Positions 26,911-42,410 of a stretch of 64,000 nucleotides of DNA are shown piece after piece; the first letter of the stretch is position 1; every line of letters begins with the position of its first letter. The notes beneath the pieces are model-generated. The model had not been told where the DNA came from, made no database searches, and saw nothing but the letters and a program-made list of their open reading frames with translations. The position numbers and the translations under genes are program-made. The stretch comes from Haplodiscus bocki (Eukaryota): contig OZ296650.1 of the NCBI GenBank assembly GCA_965655095.1, positions 109,864,001-109,928,000 of the forward strand, written 5' to 3'.

Positions 26911-28189
26911 CAGACAGGCGAGGTGCAACTCCGCAAAAACATTCTGACTCGCCAGTTCATCTCAGAAGATCCCGAAAGTCATTTCAAAAAGTTATCCTGA
27001 CAGCAGAGATGACACTTTTAGAAACAATACACCAGCTCCCAGTCAAGACTTTGTTGGAAAAAATCAATGATACCGATGTCACAATGCCTGATATTAGAAA
27101 TGTTGACTTGTCAATCATGTTTTTTTCAGGATACTCAATTTTGCTGCTAACTGATAAAAAAAATGCAAAGTAAACAATGCGGCAATGAACAAGTTCGGGC
27201 CACACTGTCTTATTTTGCGAAGTTGGTACTAGGTACCCCAAGAAACGTTATAAAGAAAAATCAGCTCTCAAAAGGGTACTTTACTTGTATATAAAACGCG
27301 AGAACAGCTCCACCAGTTTTTAGGCTCAAAATGTCGTTCATGAAAACCTGAGACTCTCAGTTGGAAAATCAAAACTGAAAAACGCATATCTTCGGTCAAA
27401 CAAATCGAAACAATTTTTGTAATCTGGAAATAAAATGGTCACTTTAATATTTTGAGATTCTGTGGTGTTAATTTTGATTATTGACAGGTGACATGCGCTG
27501 ATTAGCAACAAGTTACGATGTGTAATTTACCACTATTAGCAATTTTGAAAGCTGCTACACGTAAGGTTTTTTGGGACACCTAATAAGTCAATGCTGTCTG
27601 CTCGGGTTACACCATTTTGCAGTCCAATGTTGAGAAGACTAACACAGCATATAACGCGAAAATGTTAATTACTGCCCAAGGGCCGTTTCCTACTGTTTAT
27701 ACTAGATGACTTCAAAATGGTCAAATTTTGAACATTTCAGAAAAACTCGAGGTTATCCGGTTTCAATATGCAATCTTTCTTCCAATTGGAATGTGTGAAA
27801 ACAACCATTCTCCATTTTAGATCGGCGTCCACTCGAACTATTTAGGATATTCTATCTAACCTCTGCATCAAAACAGAAATAAATTCAATACTCAATATTT
27901 TCTTTCCTCTTGAGTCTCACAGCAGGGGTGTGAAAACGCCCTGGCACATATATTACCCCAGCTTATAACTGAAACCTTTTAACCACCTCTACTCTCCTGG
28001 TCATTGCGAATACTAGTAAACATCAGAACGATTAAGAGAAACATTTCTTTTAATGTCAACAATCTCACGGTCTCCAAGCTGGTGCACAGGGTCCGCCTTT
28101 AACCTCATTTCCTTTTCTGCCGTACTGGCAAAAATGAATTGAAAAATTCCGGGGTTTTCTGATTTGTGCGTTCTCTCCGTTTTCATGAT

Positions 28190-28900
28190 ATTCCATATGG
28201 TCCCTCTTGTTATCTCACGCAGCTTTGCTGCGTTTTGGTAATTTCAAAATTTTCCGAAGTCACAGGAAATTCTTTAATTCGGACAAGGTCTCAAAAACAA
28301 AAATTGAGTTAAATTATGAGTACTTCATAAAAATAGAATTTTCCAAAGTCCTAAAAACCAAAAACCTAGTAACACTAAAGGTACATCGTAAAATTAAGGT
28401 TTCGAAGTCCCATAAACATGGAAAAAAACGAAGTTTCCAACCTAAAGAAAGCAAACTTGGGCCCCGCTTATCCCATGTACGGAGTTTCTTGACCAATATA
28501 CAGATTCCAGGCAAATGAGAGTCTCCAGCGGGTCAATTGAAAGGGTGACGCTTGAAGGTTTGCGGCTTCACTTTATCTTCAACGCAATTACAAGATGGCC
28601 GGCTACCACCGGCATATATCCATCCTACAAACTTTGTAGAAGACGCTTCTTGAAAGATTGAAAGCGTTTCGTTTTAAATACTCTTCCTTCATCATTTTTT
28701 TTGTAATTTTTCCAAATTCAAAAAGTTTGAATTTTTGCAAAAAACTCATAATTACGGTCTAAAAGACATTTTCAAGACATATCATTTGATACGCATTCCA
28801 CAGCAATGCTGGTACCTTTACCGAAATTGAACAAATTCATTTTTTTTCGCACGTCTTTGAAAAATCAAACTTACAGTCCCATTCTACGGCAAATTTGCAG
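28190..28900 (+). repeat. Dispersed repeat family (related segments at ~44460-44600 and ~56490-56530)
   Basis: acgcagctttgctgcgttt and acacta.a.gtacatcgtaaaatt are shared with 44490-44590; acgcattc.ac.gcaa and ttctacggcaaat are shared with ~56500. Confidence 0.6.
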
Positions 28901-31900
28901 ATAAAAATTTTCGAATTCAGAATCTGGGCATTCTTCCCGGACAATTGGCAAGAAAACGTAAAAACATTTAATTTGAGCGTTTTGAGTGAATGATTCTGCT
29001 TCCATATGATAAATTGGCGGAAAATGATAGAGACAAACGCATCAAAGCACAAATCTCTAGTTCGAATTACAACAAAAATTCTAGGATTTTCAAATGTCCT
29101 TGTCAAAAGCTTCTTCGAATTTTATCTAGTTTACAATCGTTTTGATTGAAACTTCTACGGTCAGTATTGGAAAAGTTACGATGGTTTTGCTTTCATGGAT
29201 TATTCAATTTCCTTGTATTAAAATAGATTTGGAAATTAACTTAATTAAAACCTTCATTTTTCAAAAAACTGGTACATAACGTTGGCATTAAAACACAGCT
29301 GTAAAATCATGAGGACTAAGGGATTTACCGACGAGAAAACCTTTCTGACACACGGAAATTAAATAAAAGTAGATATTGAAAAGAAAATGTCCCGAATGGA
29401 TGAGAGTTATATGCGTATTTATTTAAATTGGCCGCCAATTCGCTCTCTCAAATTAGGTCTAATTTGAGTGACTTGATGCGCTTTTTTTATCGCTACTTCA
29501 GTTTGCGCAGTATCTAGATTATACTCATAAAATTTTCTCTTTCAAGAATTACAACCGTTCTTTCCGGTAATTTACACCTGATTACAACATCTCAGACATA
29601 CATTTGCTTAAAATATCAAACATTAAGCAAGATTAAGGGGGAAAAATTCATGAACTAAAATGCACCATTCAGCATAAAAATCAAGTGCATAATTAGTGAG
29701 CTTAAGAAGACCTTTAATAGCTTTTGTTTGGTATATTAATTTCAGAAGGTGCAACACTTATTACATGGTCAAGTAAAAGGGGGCTTGAAGTGGCAATCGT
29801 TTTTGAGGAATAAACAGTTTTTTCTCGCCGAAACCAAACTTGTCACTTTTTTGCTTGACTTGAGAAGATATGAATTAAGAACAAATGAAAAACTTAATGA
29901 AAAAGTTGGGCGACCGCACAGCTATCAGTACATTATTTACGAGCCTCGACTGAGGTAATTATCTTCTAAGTACACAAAACTCGAAACTCAATTAGCTTTC
30001 AGTTTTGCTGATATGATGGAAAATTATTTCCGCGGCCTCCTCCACAAGTAATTATGAAGAGCCTTTAAAAAGCAGAGCCACAAACACTGCTTTAAACTAC
30101 AACAGACAAACATACAATTACTTTTCTTCGATGCAAAATCAGCTGAGCTATTTAGAAATAATTACATGAACCGGTCAAAATTTTCGGGAAAAAATGAAAT
30201 AATTTAGTTAAAAAATTGAAACCGTTCAGGAAGAGCTATTTCCAGCATCATCAATGGTCACCTAAAGTTTTACATTTTTGTCCAATATTCAATAGATAAG
30301 ATAGTTTTTGAAAACCAACTGACCTAGCGCTGCTTTAATTTTCAACTTTTTTCAAAACTTTTTGCGAATCGTTTTTCAACTTCCGAATCAGGTTTAAACA
30401 TATCCATATTCATTAAGCATGCCACACTTTTCACATTCTGTTCTTATTAACTTATTCTGTCCTGTGCATAAAAACACAACAGTTTGAAATGTACTACAAG
30501 CCAGCGTATAGCGGGCTGCTTGAAGTACGGAATGGTCCCGAAAAGGGGAGTGCTTTGCGACTTTGGCTCATCAGACCAAAATGAAAGCTCAATACTACAC
30601 CTTCTAAACGCGTTATCTCGTCACATAATTTTAAAGCTGAACGCCTGTGGGACAAAATCATATCGATGAGTGATACCTCTAGTAACCAAATCCTCTGAAC
30701 GGCTAAGGGATACCTCAGAACAGCAAAAATTCCGGTGTTGGTTTCGATTGGAAAATGCAAATGGAAGTATTAAGAAAAAGAAATAGAAGACTGTCCAAAA
30801 ACTTTCCGGTACATGCGGAAAGCGGCCTATAACGACCTTTTTTTTTGGTTTTGAAAAGTATACCAAAGTTCGTAGCTCAAGCAGCTGTCATGCCATCATC
30901 TGTAGGAATCGGATGGAATTGAAGTAAGTTTGTTGTCTAACGGAAAAAAGTCACCGTCATAGTCAATCAAGCAAAGCGCTAACTAAAAATGATACAGAAA
31001 TCTCTTTACTGACCGGTGTCACTTTCATCAACAAAATCTGTACATTTCGTTTACTTTGCCCCATTATTTGCGAAGATTTTCGAAATTATCAAGTTACAAT
31101 TGGATGGGAAAAAATGCTTAGTTTACCGGACTGGGAATGCTCGAAAAGGTTACACTTATCCTGTCTTTGGCGCTGTATAATTGAACAAAATTGTCAACAA
31201 GCAATTTGAGTGCAATAAAGCTTGGAATTTAGAAATTATCTCCATAATTTTTTACTCCCAGAAATGCTAATTCCATCAGTAGAACCAAGCGAGACAAAAA
31301 TTCAATTTGACTAATATCGCATCCACGACTTCTTCTGTTACATTATGCTTATGTGAATGAGGAATTGCATGTACATGTATCCCTATATATATATTCGAAG
31401 TAGACACCTTTAATTGAATTATAGCCGAGACCTAATAGAGGTCGCATTGGAATTCAAGCCGCATCAAAAGTCGTTACAAAAAGTTAGAAGTCGCATACGA
31501 ATAGAAGACGTAATCAAAAAAAAGATTTCAACAAAAGTCGAATTCTTCCCCTCAATGTGGAACAATAGTTTTAGAGAAATGCAAGAATTGATTCACGAAG
31601 TCGCGTTTAAGGTAACCGAGACGTTGTCAAAGCGGTGTAGTTCAACGCATCGATGTTTTCCGTGAGATAGGCAAGTTAGTTGATCCAGTGTTCTCTGACT
31701 GGCCGCGTATGAATTGAAGCCGCATTCTAATTGAGGACGCAAAGCTTAGCCCCAAAATGGATTCAGCCACGGCTGCAATTCACTTTGAAACACAAGCGAG
31801 AAGCTACAGAACCATGATTGGGCACTCTTGAGGAAAAAGTTCATTGATACAACAGTGCGAAACAATCTTCATTAAGATCTGTTTCGGAAGCATCAGAGCT

Positions 31901-33899
31901 AGACCATATTGAAGGCTTGCGAAGAATTGCAGCAAAAGAGAAATAAAGAGATGATATGTATTAGACTGATTCGAAGAAAATACCCTCAAAAAATGAAATA
32001 GGAAATCAAAATCATCAGTGATTTGACCGGTCCAATTCTGCTCGAGAGTCGGCTCTTCCCAAAAGGATAAAAAAATTCGCGGGAGAAACCCTTTGCATTT
32101 CATTCGTTTTCGGAAAAAATTGTTACAACGACCCCTTTTGTCAGCAAAAGGCTCCCTGTTCCAGAACTATTAATCTTTTGTTAGGAGCCTGCATGGAAAA
32201 CTTTGGTAAAATTGAACGGAGGATCACGAATATTTTCGTCCTTGCGAAGAAAACTGAGGACCCATCTAATTGGAAGTGAGGACCTTTTCTTCTCATTCGG
32301 AAAGACTAGCAAATGCTTTGCTAACTCTGCCGAGTGTAATTCGTTTCTTGGAAGTTTTTGATGACTTCAAACGAAACACTGAAAAAATCAAAGTTTCAAA
32401 TGTACACAAACGGAAAACGCAAACATTCCTTTTATTTCTTTGAGTGTTCAGAAAATCAGGAACAATTAGACTTGACATTCTGTTGTGGTGTAAGTGAATT
32501 GTAAAGTAGCGGACTGATCAATATTTATAAGTACTCATTTGCACTACTTTCCCAGATTGCTTGTTAAAAAGTGGAAGGCATTATTACTTTTTCTCCATAG
32601 CGGTGGTGGTGGTCCATTTATTATTACTTCCAAAATTCTCACTTTCAAATCCATTTCCTTTTGTGCTCTGCTCCAACTTCATGTTCAATAAATGCGCTGT
32701 TATCAAGCATGATCAAACTATATAAGGGTACTCTCTCAACGTTCTTTCTACATGCGGGCTCTTTCTCATCCGCCTTTCATTGAACGGAGGTCCCCTCTTT
32801 TCAACTTGAGCACCGTTCCATGTTAAGAAAGAACGGCGAACCCCTCACTACTACTGGTGAGTGTAAATCATTTGTTGGATTGCGCTGTCAATTGTCCGCA
32901 CGCTTTCGGCTCTAATTGTCGCGTTGTTCTAAAATGCGGCTAGTGTTAATGTTAACGTTTGAGCGAATCCGTGTTCCAGATTATTATCGGTTCTTGTTGT
33001 GTACTCTCGTTGAGTTCTATGCAAATTGAGTTTGAATTGAGAGTCTTCAGCAGAGATCGTCCAGCAAAGGAAAAATGTTCTGAACATCGAAAACTTGCTG
33101 GACCAAATACTGAATCAAAACACTTTGATGTTTAAGCTTCGACAGAATATTTCTTCTTACCAACATAACAACGGAACTGTTGTGATAAATGTCTGAAGGA
33201 AAAGTTATTCCTACAAATTCCATTCAAATCTTTTTAGCTATTGCTATTAAAAATGTGGATAACAGGTAGAGCACTTAATGGATTGTGTGAAACGTAACGT
33301 GAGATAGGGAAAGTTTGAAAAACAACAATTCCATGTGAAAGCTGCATCACCTTTTCGAAGCAAAACGTGAATTATATTTTGTGGATATACATGAGTCTAT
33401 ATCAAATTATCAATTGAAGTAAAGGATTTGGTACATGCATGCTTCTTTGAGAATTTCATTTGTGCTCGTTCATCTATAAGAAACTGAAATTCGTCGTTTG
33501 AAGATTCAAGTTCCCAACAAATTTGCTGGATAGATTCCCAAATATACTGAACCAACAGAAGTTATGGAAGTGCAAAAACAAAAGTAACGGAAGTGCAAAG
33601 CGTAGCAGACCGAATAAAGCTTCGAAAAATTGTCGAGCTTGGTAGAGTTGGTTTATCGAGGTGAATGCAAAATTGTGCTTCCACAGCAAATCATATTGGA
33701 AAAGCATCTTTAGCAGAAAATCAGGATGTGATACGGACATTCGTTGTCGAAATTGCGATTTTGAGAATTTGAAATCGGTAGATATTGTGTTTGCTTGGTA
33801 GTTCAAAGACGGCTTTAATACTATTGCACTTTCAATTTAGTGAGGTTTAGTGAGGTCAACACATTGCATCTCTCAAAATTGGTTTTCCTCCATTGTATG

Positions 33900-36800
33900 A
33901 CCAACTCAACACATTTCCTAGAAATCTTCTAGTCGCAGGACAGCTGAACTAAATTGGCGATGACGCAAACGTACATAAGTACCAGAGCATTTTATGATAC
34001 AGGAGTTAATTCACTAACTACATAGGTAGGGTGATATGAAAGCTTCAATTTTTCCACCAAAATTGAGTTTCAGGTACCTTCTCTCGTTCAAATTTTTCAA
34101 ATCTCCAAAGCTGTCCTGTGCACTCACATACCAAATATCAGCCTGATCTGACCAACAATTCACTAACGCAAGTGTTGGGGTAATCAAAACCGAACAAAAT
34201 ATTCGCAACATGAATGCTATAAAAACCACATAAACTGAGTTTTGACCTGAAACAGTGTATTCTAACCATTTTGTCGAACTTTGATTATAAACGATGATAG
34301 ATTTTTTGCAAAGATCGGATAATGGGAAAGCAAGTTCAAGAGGTTCCACAAAATTGTATGCACCGCTCACATTGCTCCACACTATCCAGTCTTTTTCAAA
34401 ACTGTTTGAAAAAGCTGAACAATCGACAAGAAAAGTGGTGGAACGGGAATTTCATTTACTGATTAACTTCCGTCAAATTTGTCGTTTGATGTTTCACAAT
34501 TCTTTAATAGCTGGGATAGATAAACTGTTTCCACTTTTATCATGTATCGTTCAGTACGAAGTTTTTGGAAACGTTTCGCAGAAGAGATAAAAACTCCGTT
34601 TTCATCGTCTGTCGACAAAAAAAAGTTCGTGCTATGCTAATTCAATTCCGACAAACTGATTTCGTCCAGGTTACGTTTTTGATAGCGAAATGGGCTCGAG
34701 AGCTGTGAACCAAAAAAAGTTGACTAACAATTAGATCTAGAGCAAAGCCTCACCCTGACTAATTTCCCAATACATCTTCTTCGCTCGAAGTTCGACTACC
34801 TGTGGGTAAGACAAACCTATCCAGCAAAACCTAGGTGTATCGATAAAAGCAGCTGTCTATCAATGTCTTTTCAATGACGGTGAAAGCTTGATCAGAGACT
34901 GTCAATTTGCGGACGTGAAAATTGGCATGGGTCAGAGTGACTCTGTGAAATTTTGAATTGTCATAAATTTAGAAAAAAAATCAAGCCTGCTTCGAACAAC
35001 AACACGTAGAGTAACTTTATTGAAAAAGTGTCACCGGAAGAAAAGATATCAATCTGCTTCAAGTGAAGACGATTAGTTTTGCCGGAGAATCTTTATCGAC
35101 ATGTGTATCCTTGCAATGGCAACCAGGTATCTTTTGCATCCTTTCCGCCGGAAAACTCTGTTTAAATGAAATCTTTATGACCCTGAATATCAATAAAATG
35201 TGAAAGTTCCATTCCATTAGCAGCGACTGCATTCCGAAAAGAGGGAGTGTGTTGTTTACAATAACTGGAGAATTACAAGAACGGCATTGGTGGAGTGAGA
35301 CAGCAATTCTGTTCAAATCACTTTGGATCATTTTGTATTTTACTCCGGGAAAAAATTTGTGCGTCTCCAAAATTCGAAAATGATACCGGCTGAGTGGGTA
35401 AACCGGAGCATTTTTTGTTCCATAGAGTAACTGAAAAGATATACCACGGGCAGCTGCTCTAAAATGTCCAGTGACCACTGTGATGCTTCGGAAGGTGAGA
35501 CTTTAAGCGACAGTTTTGACTTTTGAAAAGAACTCACACCGTCTCGGATTGCATTTTGATTTCGTAAAGCGTTTTCACTTTTATTGGCCGTTTCTTCCTC
35601 GATTGCTGGCCTCGTCTATCAATCTGCTTTTTAATTGTCTTTAGTGCCACAATTTCTGCGGTATTTTCCCTTTTGTCAAAACTTCCAAAACATCAGTGAC
35701 ACTTTGAAAAACTATAATTTTGCCAATTTTTCTTTGCATCATGGAAGATTTTTCGGAAGCGGTAGAGCGACTCGCCCAATGCCGGATGTTGGTGCAAACA
35801 TTCGAATATCTCGTGGTCTGTTGCAGATGAACAAAAAGGTTTAAACGAACTTATTTCGCGTAACAGTCATCATTTACAGAAATTTTTTGAAATTCAACGT
35901 CAAAACAACCTGTCCTGTGTCAGCAAATGGAACCAAACTCTGTCTCACAACTGAGTTAATTGCTCGTACTTTGTATTGTCTGTACTGACAATTTCTTGTT
36001 CCGCGACTCAGAAAATGATCTCATTCTAAACTTTTTTGTAACAAGACGTAACCGTTCACAGCGCACTTCCATTAGTAACTGATTCGGAAAATTCGTGTTT
36101 TCACATATGCGTTGTTCTGGTAATCAATCAGTACAGTACATGAAAACAAAGGTTATACCCGAAGTCACGTTCTATGGGAAAAGCTCCGAGGAAGTTTCTA
36201 TGTTAACCAAAATATTCATTTCTGAAAAGAAAGTCCAAAGAGGTCTATTTTCTTCTGAAACCAAAAATAATGCGGACATTTCCCGTTCCACAAGTGCGTC
36301 CAGAGATTTCATCAAAAGTATGATAGGCTCCACCGTCGTCAGTTCAAGGTTGTCAATCCTCGAACTTCGATGTATTTCTTGAATCTGGGTTCTCAGTGTT
36401 CTCGATTTTTTATAATCAATTTCTGAGAAAAAACTAATTCATTTTTATTCCCTTATTCTTTCGTCAACACTATTATTTTCCTCCTCCTCCCAAATCTCCT
36501 CTACCTCCTCTTCATTCTACTGACAGCCGTCGTCCTAATTCTTGCGTTCGTTTTGTTTCTGACTTGTAAGAAAGTCGGTGCGAACAATCTTGTCGAAGGG
36601 AAAAAATTTACATGATGCCACGCGGCAGCAATCCTTCAAAGACATACTTCACAACGCTTAATATCTGGATGCTAGTGTATCAATTGATACTCTAAATAAC
36701 AAAAGAGTTTCAAATTCACTCATTACCTCGTACCAAAATCAACTCTGAATCGTAAAAACTGGCAAGAAGCTTCTCATCCGTACAGTTTCGTAATTTGTAT

Positions 36801-38200
36801 TTTGGGGGCTTGGAGCAGCACTTCTATCAATTTTGAAAACTTTCGGTTGACTCTCACAGGGTCCTTGCTTGGAGTCTGGTGGCTGCAAACATTTGGACGA
36901 CTGATTCGTGACCAAAGGAACTAAGTGAGAAAATTTTTTTGTTTTATGTTCATTAGGAGCCAAATCAGTCACTCTTTTGACACGCGAACAGATAAACTCA
37001 ACAAATTTGTGAGGTGTGTCGATAGTGACAAGACTAACTCTCCTCCAAATTTTCACAAAATAATATTCTGAAAGATCTAATGCTTTGCTCAACGAAATCA
37101 GACTTGAATTCACTATGTTTCTTGTAGAGCTGAAACAAACAACTTCCAGAATTCCCTATTGACGTCTGACCCTTTGTCTGACCACAATACTTCAGTAAAG
37201 CTTGTGGCCGTTCTCTTAATGGCGCGGGCACTATCTGCTGGGCTTTGAGTTACCATGGGTTCCGGTCGTAAAAATCGCACGAAGAACCACTGCAACTTGT
37301 AAATAATTTACACCGTTATTAGATATGGCAATTTTGTCCGAATAAGCGAATCAATCTAATTGATTCGATCACCCTGAATTTCAATCCAGTTTACTGCTTT
37401 TTGTGGTAGCTAACTTTATTTTTCCAAGCTTTGAACACTGTCATGAGCCATTGAACTTTGTGTCTAGTTTTTCTACTAGTTTTTTCCGACTGTCAAGAGT
37501 TGTCCACGTTTCGTTAGCGACACTTTGCTTCGAGTACGTTTTTTAATTTCCGCTCGAAACTGACTCTGCTGACATTTTCTAGCCCCCACAGCACCAAAAG
37601 CTTACTTTTCAAAGAAAAAGTCCGACTTTGACAATTGAAGAGCCTATCCTCATAACACTGGTTGAACCAAATCCAGCGTACTCAACTTTAGTCAGAGTGA
37701 TGAAATCACCACTGTTTGCTGCTGCCATGCAAACACTCAAATCAAAAATTACTACTAGATTGGTCTCTGTCTGTTTTTCCAGAGTTCCTAGTTTCAATCC
37801 ACCGATATGATGAGATAGTATAGATGACTACACTGCCAAAAAATCTGGTTCGGTCTTCACGCCTTCAGTTTGGTGCAAATTCGAGACGGAAGAACAGCGT
37901 TGAGTTGTAGCTCTGTCATTGATGGGCAGCCACTTCTTTTCCAATCCAAAGCATTTTCCACAAAGTCGGATATCATTTCAACATAACCATTAACATAAGC
38001 TTAAGATGGGAAAACAAAATCTCAGGCGAGCCAAGTAGTCGCGAATTAAGTGTTAAAATCATTTCCCCAGTCAATACCATTTTTTGTTTAGCCAGGTAAT
38101 TGATCGACCTCGCGTTTTTGACCATTAGATAAATCGGATGTTCGGCAAGAATTGTTTAAAGAATTCCCCATAAACGCTCAACACTTTCAATATTAGATTG
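33900..38200 (-). mobile_element. Second decayed BEL/Pao internal region
   Basis: SPAD..R...LW motif (NPAD-like, ~37200-37250), integrase-like PAERM...THVD..P (~35090-35160) and C-terminal KWLEY (~34265), in BEL order. Confidence 0.5.
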
Positions 38201-39299
38201 TTTCACGGAAAGCATCAAAATCAATAACAAGTATATTTTTGTTTACATTCAATATTCCCAGTCATTAAACCACTGTGATGGGTTAAAAAACCTCAATCTC
38301 AAAGTTGAAGCTAACCAAAATCTTTCGAACCTGTTTGTTCTATCCAAACAGTCACAATCATCAACAAAAATTCGAGGCTGTTTTTGTGCGGAACGAATGT
38401 ACTTTATCAATTTTACTATATTATCCACATTTGATTTCTGACTGTTCTGCCATCAGAGTCTGTAGCTATTCCCAAGAAACGCTCGATGTAGTATTTCTCA
38501 GACAAGCTAACGAAGAACTTAGCACATATCTTTTATACACATCAAACTCATCAGTGTTTTTTTCGAAAAAATTGTTGCATTCTGATTACGTCTATATCAT
38601 CTGGGTCCATTCTTTTCTGGTCGACAACAATTTCCAACTTATTCCTTTGGTATTTGCGACAAAACAACGGATTTTCCACGAACCGATTTATGCGCGTAAC
38701 TACCAACTACAATGCGAAAATAAACCTACACATTAATGAAATCCGAGTGACCACGATATTCTGAGAGAGGAACATAAACCTAGGGACGAATTCACCTGGT
38801 CGCAGAAGAGACCAGTCACAGCATTCTGCAACGACGCAACAATCAGATTCGTCCCATCGCAGACAAATGATGAGATACCCATTAATCTTGGCATTAACAG
38901 AGTGGGGTTCGACGGTCATTTTAAATAGGCAAGGGTCCTCAAATTTGTGAGGAAGGATCCCACCTCTTTGCAATGTCCGCCGTTTTCCTTAATACTAACT
39001 AACAGCTTATATAAATTGCAAGAGAATCAAAACAGGAACTTTCTGCTACTCGGCAGACAAATCACACTGAAGGTTAGTCATTGAGAATTAGATGGCTGCC
39101 ATCCAGCCGGTGATCTCCCAGAAAAGCAAATCGGTGCGAATGAAATTTAAGAATTCCAAATTACAAGTGAAAAACAATATTTCGTTGAAGGTACAAAACA
39201 TGACATCCCTGCATTTTCGGACACTTTCCATACCATGGATCATCAAATGAGCGCTCGATGGTTGCAATCAAACTAGTCGCCGGAGAAAATAGCTTCGAA

Positions 39300-40900
39300 A
39301 AACGATGCAAATAACAACTTTTCGAATGTGAAAATAGAACATCGCAAGAATACTATGAAGCAGGACATCAACGCCTAGTCGCATGTATGCTTCTGCCATA
39401 AAAAAGCTCTGTAAAGGTGAGCATTCTTCCTTTCCATCAAATCCACCTGGAGCGCATGAAATCAAAGACACTCAGAAAAAGGAATTCGATCTGAAAAACC
39501 CGAAATCAACTTTTTCGCATTCAACTCGTCAAAGGAAAAAATATCGTAAAAGGCAACTCGAATTATTCAACCGATATTAAAATCCAGACTGCCTAAATTT
39601 TCTTTCAAAAAAAATCACGCGAACGGCATATGGAAGTTCACTGCCGAGAGATGGATCGACAAGTTGAGCAGGGCGTGCAGTCTGATTGTCCATGGTCAGA
39701 ACCGAAATACTACCCTGTCCGTTTACGGACACTTGCTTTCACAAAGGTAAAGGAGGAGCGAAGCGAAGAGACACCAAACCGATTTCATGCTGACAGTTTT
39801 CGAAATAATTTCAACATCATGGTTACGAAACATTCGAAAGCCAGCAAAAATTTGCCATTCAGACCGCTGCAGAGTCGAAAAGCAACAATCCGATACCGTG
39901 TTCGCGACTAGAATTTTAAAAATTTGAATGATCTGCGAGCAAGAAACGAAATCACATGTCGGAACACTTTTGACAAATATTTCAACATTTTAAACGGAAG
40001 ATGTGGAAAAGTTATTCAAGAATCCGAGTATCAGTCAAAATAAAGGGTCAAAAATACATCGAATAGACCAACTTTGGCAATCTGAAAGCCCTCCGAGTAC
40101 GAGAAATCGAATTAGGCCATATAGACGTAACTAAATTCATACTAGTGAAGAAAAACCATCCCGGCGAAAGACCAAAGTAAATGCTCAATTAACTTGCCAC
40201 TGAGACAAAAAAATGACAGATAAGCAAGAGTCAGCCATTGTTGCTCCTCGATGATTCCCCAGGTCAGTGATTAGTCGATTTAGTTACGAATTGACAACAT
40301 CGAACAAAAGGATGACTGATTTGACAGAACGAGACAAGTCAAAACCGCTTCGAAAATTCTAACTCCAATTAGGATACTTTGTTGTAGAAACAGACAAACA
40401 ACCATCATCGCAGCTTGCTACAAGCTCCCTACAGCGAACGATTGAGTCAGCACTGGAATTACACAATCCGAACATTAGTCATCAAGATAATCAGTTGCCA
40501 AAGAACACACATAAAATCATTTTCTATTTTCCAGCCACAAGTTGATACAATTCGCAACAAAAATTCAAAATTGACCATCTCATGACACAGACTTCAGGCC
40601 AAGAGTAGTTGAATCAGTACTGATTGGAATCACCTACCAGACTCAACTTACGGACGCAAAAGACGCAACGGACAAGATCTTTACTTCTCCCATTACAAGT
40701 TAAAAACATAAAAGTTAGACCCGGTGACTCCACAGTATAAGTTTGCGAGAAATTGAGTCAACGCTGCCTGGATCCTATCTTACAAATGAAAATGACGAAC
40801 ACCATTTTGAGCGAACGACGCAAGTGCAGTCTTCTGCGGAAACTGGAGCACAAAGTTAACCACTTGGGAAGATTTCAAAATTCTGAGGAAGTTAACACAT
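39300..40900 (+). mobile_element. Possible decayed Gypsy integrase remnant
   Basis: Weak motifs only (WSEP ~39695, RIDQ ~40045, APY ~40425). A-rich plus strand. Confidence 0.28.
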
Positions 40901-42244
40901 TCAAATCAACTTAGTTGGAAACCCCATCCCAAAGTTGATTTGGGAAATAAAAAAAACCGAAATCGTTTGTTGAGCTATTCCTGAAAACAGAAAAGGAAAA
41001 ACAAACAAACAAACGTTTTCTGACGAAAAATTCTAAACTTCACGGATAATTGCAAAACATGCCCTCTAATATTTGTTACTAATGCACTTGTAGCTCTGGA
41101 AGTATAAAAAACACACAGCAAAACTTCCCCCAAAAATGAAAAATATGTTTACTCACTTGAAACGACTGATTCCCTGCAGATTCTCAATATCAGTACCGCC
41201 TTTTTTCAAAAAGAGTAGACAACAAATGCAGTCTGAAGCAGAATTATCAAGGGCAGGAAATCAAGAAGTTTATTGAACCAGGAAAAAGCAATATTTGACT
41301 CAATTAAGTTGAACAATTCTTCTCGCATGGTAGTTCACTGCTTATGGACCACTAAGTGAAACACTTTGAAATATTTCAAAGTTCTAAGAAAATCAGCACC
41401 TCCAGTTCAACGTAATGACAAAAACTGAACACGTAATCACAAAACTGAATTGGAAGGCAAAACTGGAAATGACATGACACTTTTCCGGACTAAGAAACCC
41501 GATGAACGACTATTTTTCAGCTACACAAGTAATATTTTATGGAGAATTGCAAACACGTCGTCTATCATACCACTGGTAGCTAAAAAAATACACCCCGAAA
41601 ACATAAGGACGAAAAATACCCCAAAAGAAACCTTCAAAACACCTCGCTAACAGCTTCTATTTCGGAGCTTCTCGCTACATTCAGCTAATCTTGTGCTTCT
41701 GTTTTGCATCAATTACCCCTGAAAATTGAAATCGAAGGCAAAAAGAAAGTTCTGCGAAAATTGGGTAGTGATTTTCAAAAAAAACTACTTTGGTAAACAT
41801 TTCGTCAAATTCATCGCGAAAATAAAATTTTTTTGGGAACAAACCAAAAAATCAGGTGAAAAAAGCCAAAAATTCTATATAAAATGGAGATAGTGAACAT
41901 TGTTTTCAAAACTATCTGAATTTTTCTGACGTCATTGCCGAAACACCTAAGCGAGCCAGTAAAAAGCGAGTAAATAAAATTAAATGTTAATGATTTGGTT
42001 ATGGCGTCATGGTGATCATACCGAATGAAGAAGGCGAGTGAGTTCATCAATTCGTCCGCTATACTCACTCACTTGCTTAATTTATTCAGTGTGATAACAG
42101 TGACTTTGAAGCCGAAAAAAACGTGAGCGAAACTGAAATGGTTTGTGGGGATTTATAAGTTTATCTACCGATCTGGCAGAGTTTGCGAGAACTTTCAGAT
42201 ATATGTCGAAAAGAATATAAAAGATAAATTGTTCGATACCAAAC

Positions 42245-42410
42245 TAAAATCTCGGTAAAATCAGTAGAGTACGCGGCAGCGACACCAAAAGTCCAAGGCT
42301 CGATTTTAGGACACTCCGTCTTCTCTTTGGTCAAAAAGTAGGGACTAGTGGGAGTTGTGAACGGATCGGAAAAAAATGGAAGCTGATACACTCTTGCTTG
42401 CGCAAATCTC
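42245..42410 (+). mobile_element. Partial family-2 copy with a degenerate tRNA-derived module
   Basis: cagtagag...aagtcc...tcga..taggacac..tcttctctttg.tcaaaa...gagttgtgaacgg.tcgg...cttgcttgcgc is shared with 15156-15343. Confidence 0.7.

Noticed and set aside
30490-30550. Short match to 47920-47970 as a conserved regulatory element
   Set aside because: More simply explained as fragments of another dispersed repeat; boundaries could not be defined.
38305-38736. 143-aa ORF
   Set aside because: No motifs; lies between decayed retroelement regions.
41156-41232. Candidate GPCR exon with a gtgagt donor
   Set aside because: Ends in phase 2 with no compatible downstream exon found, and the peptide is not GPCR-like.
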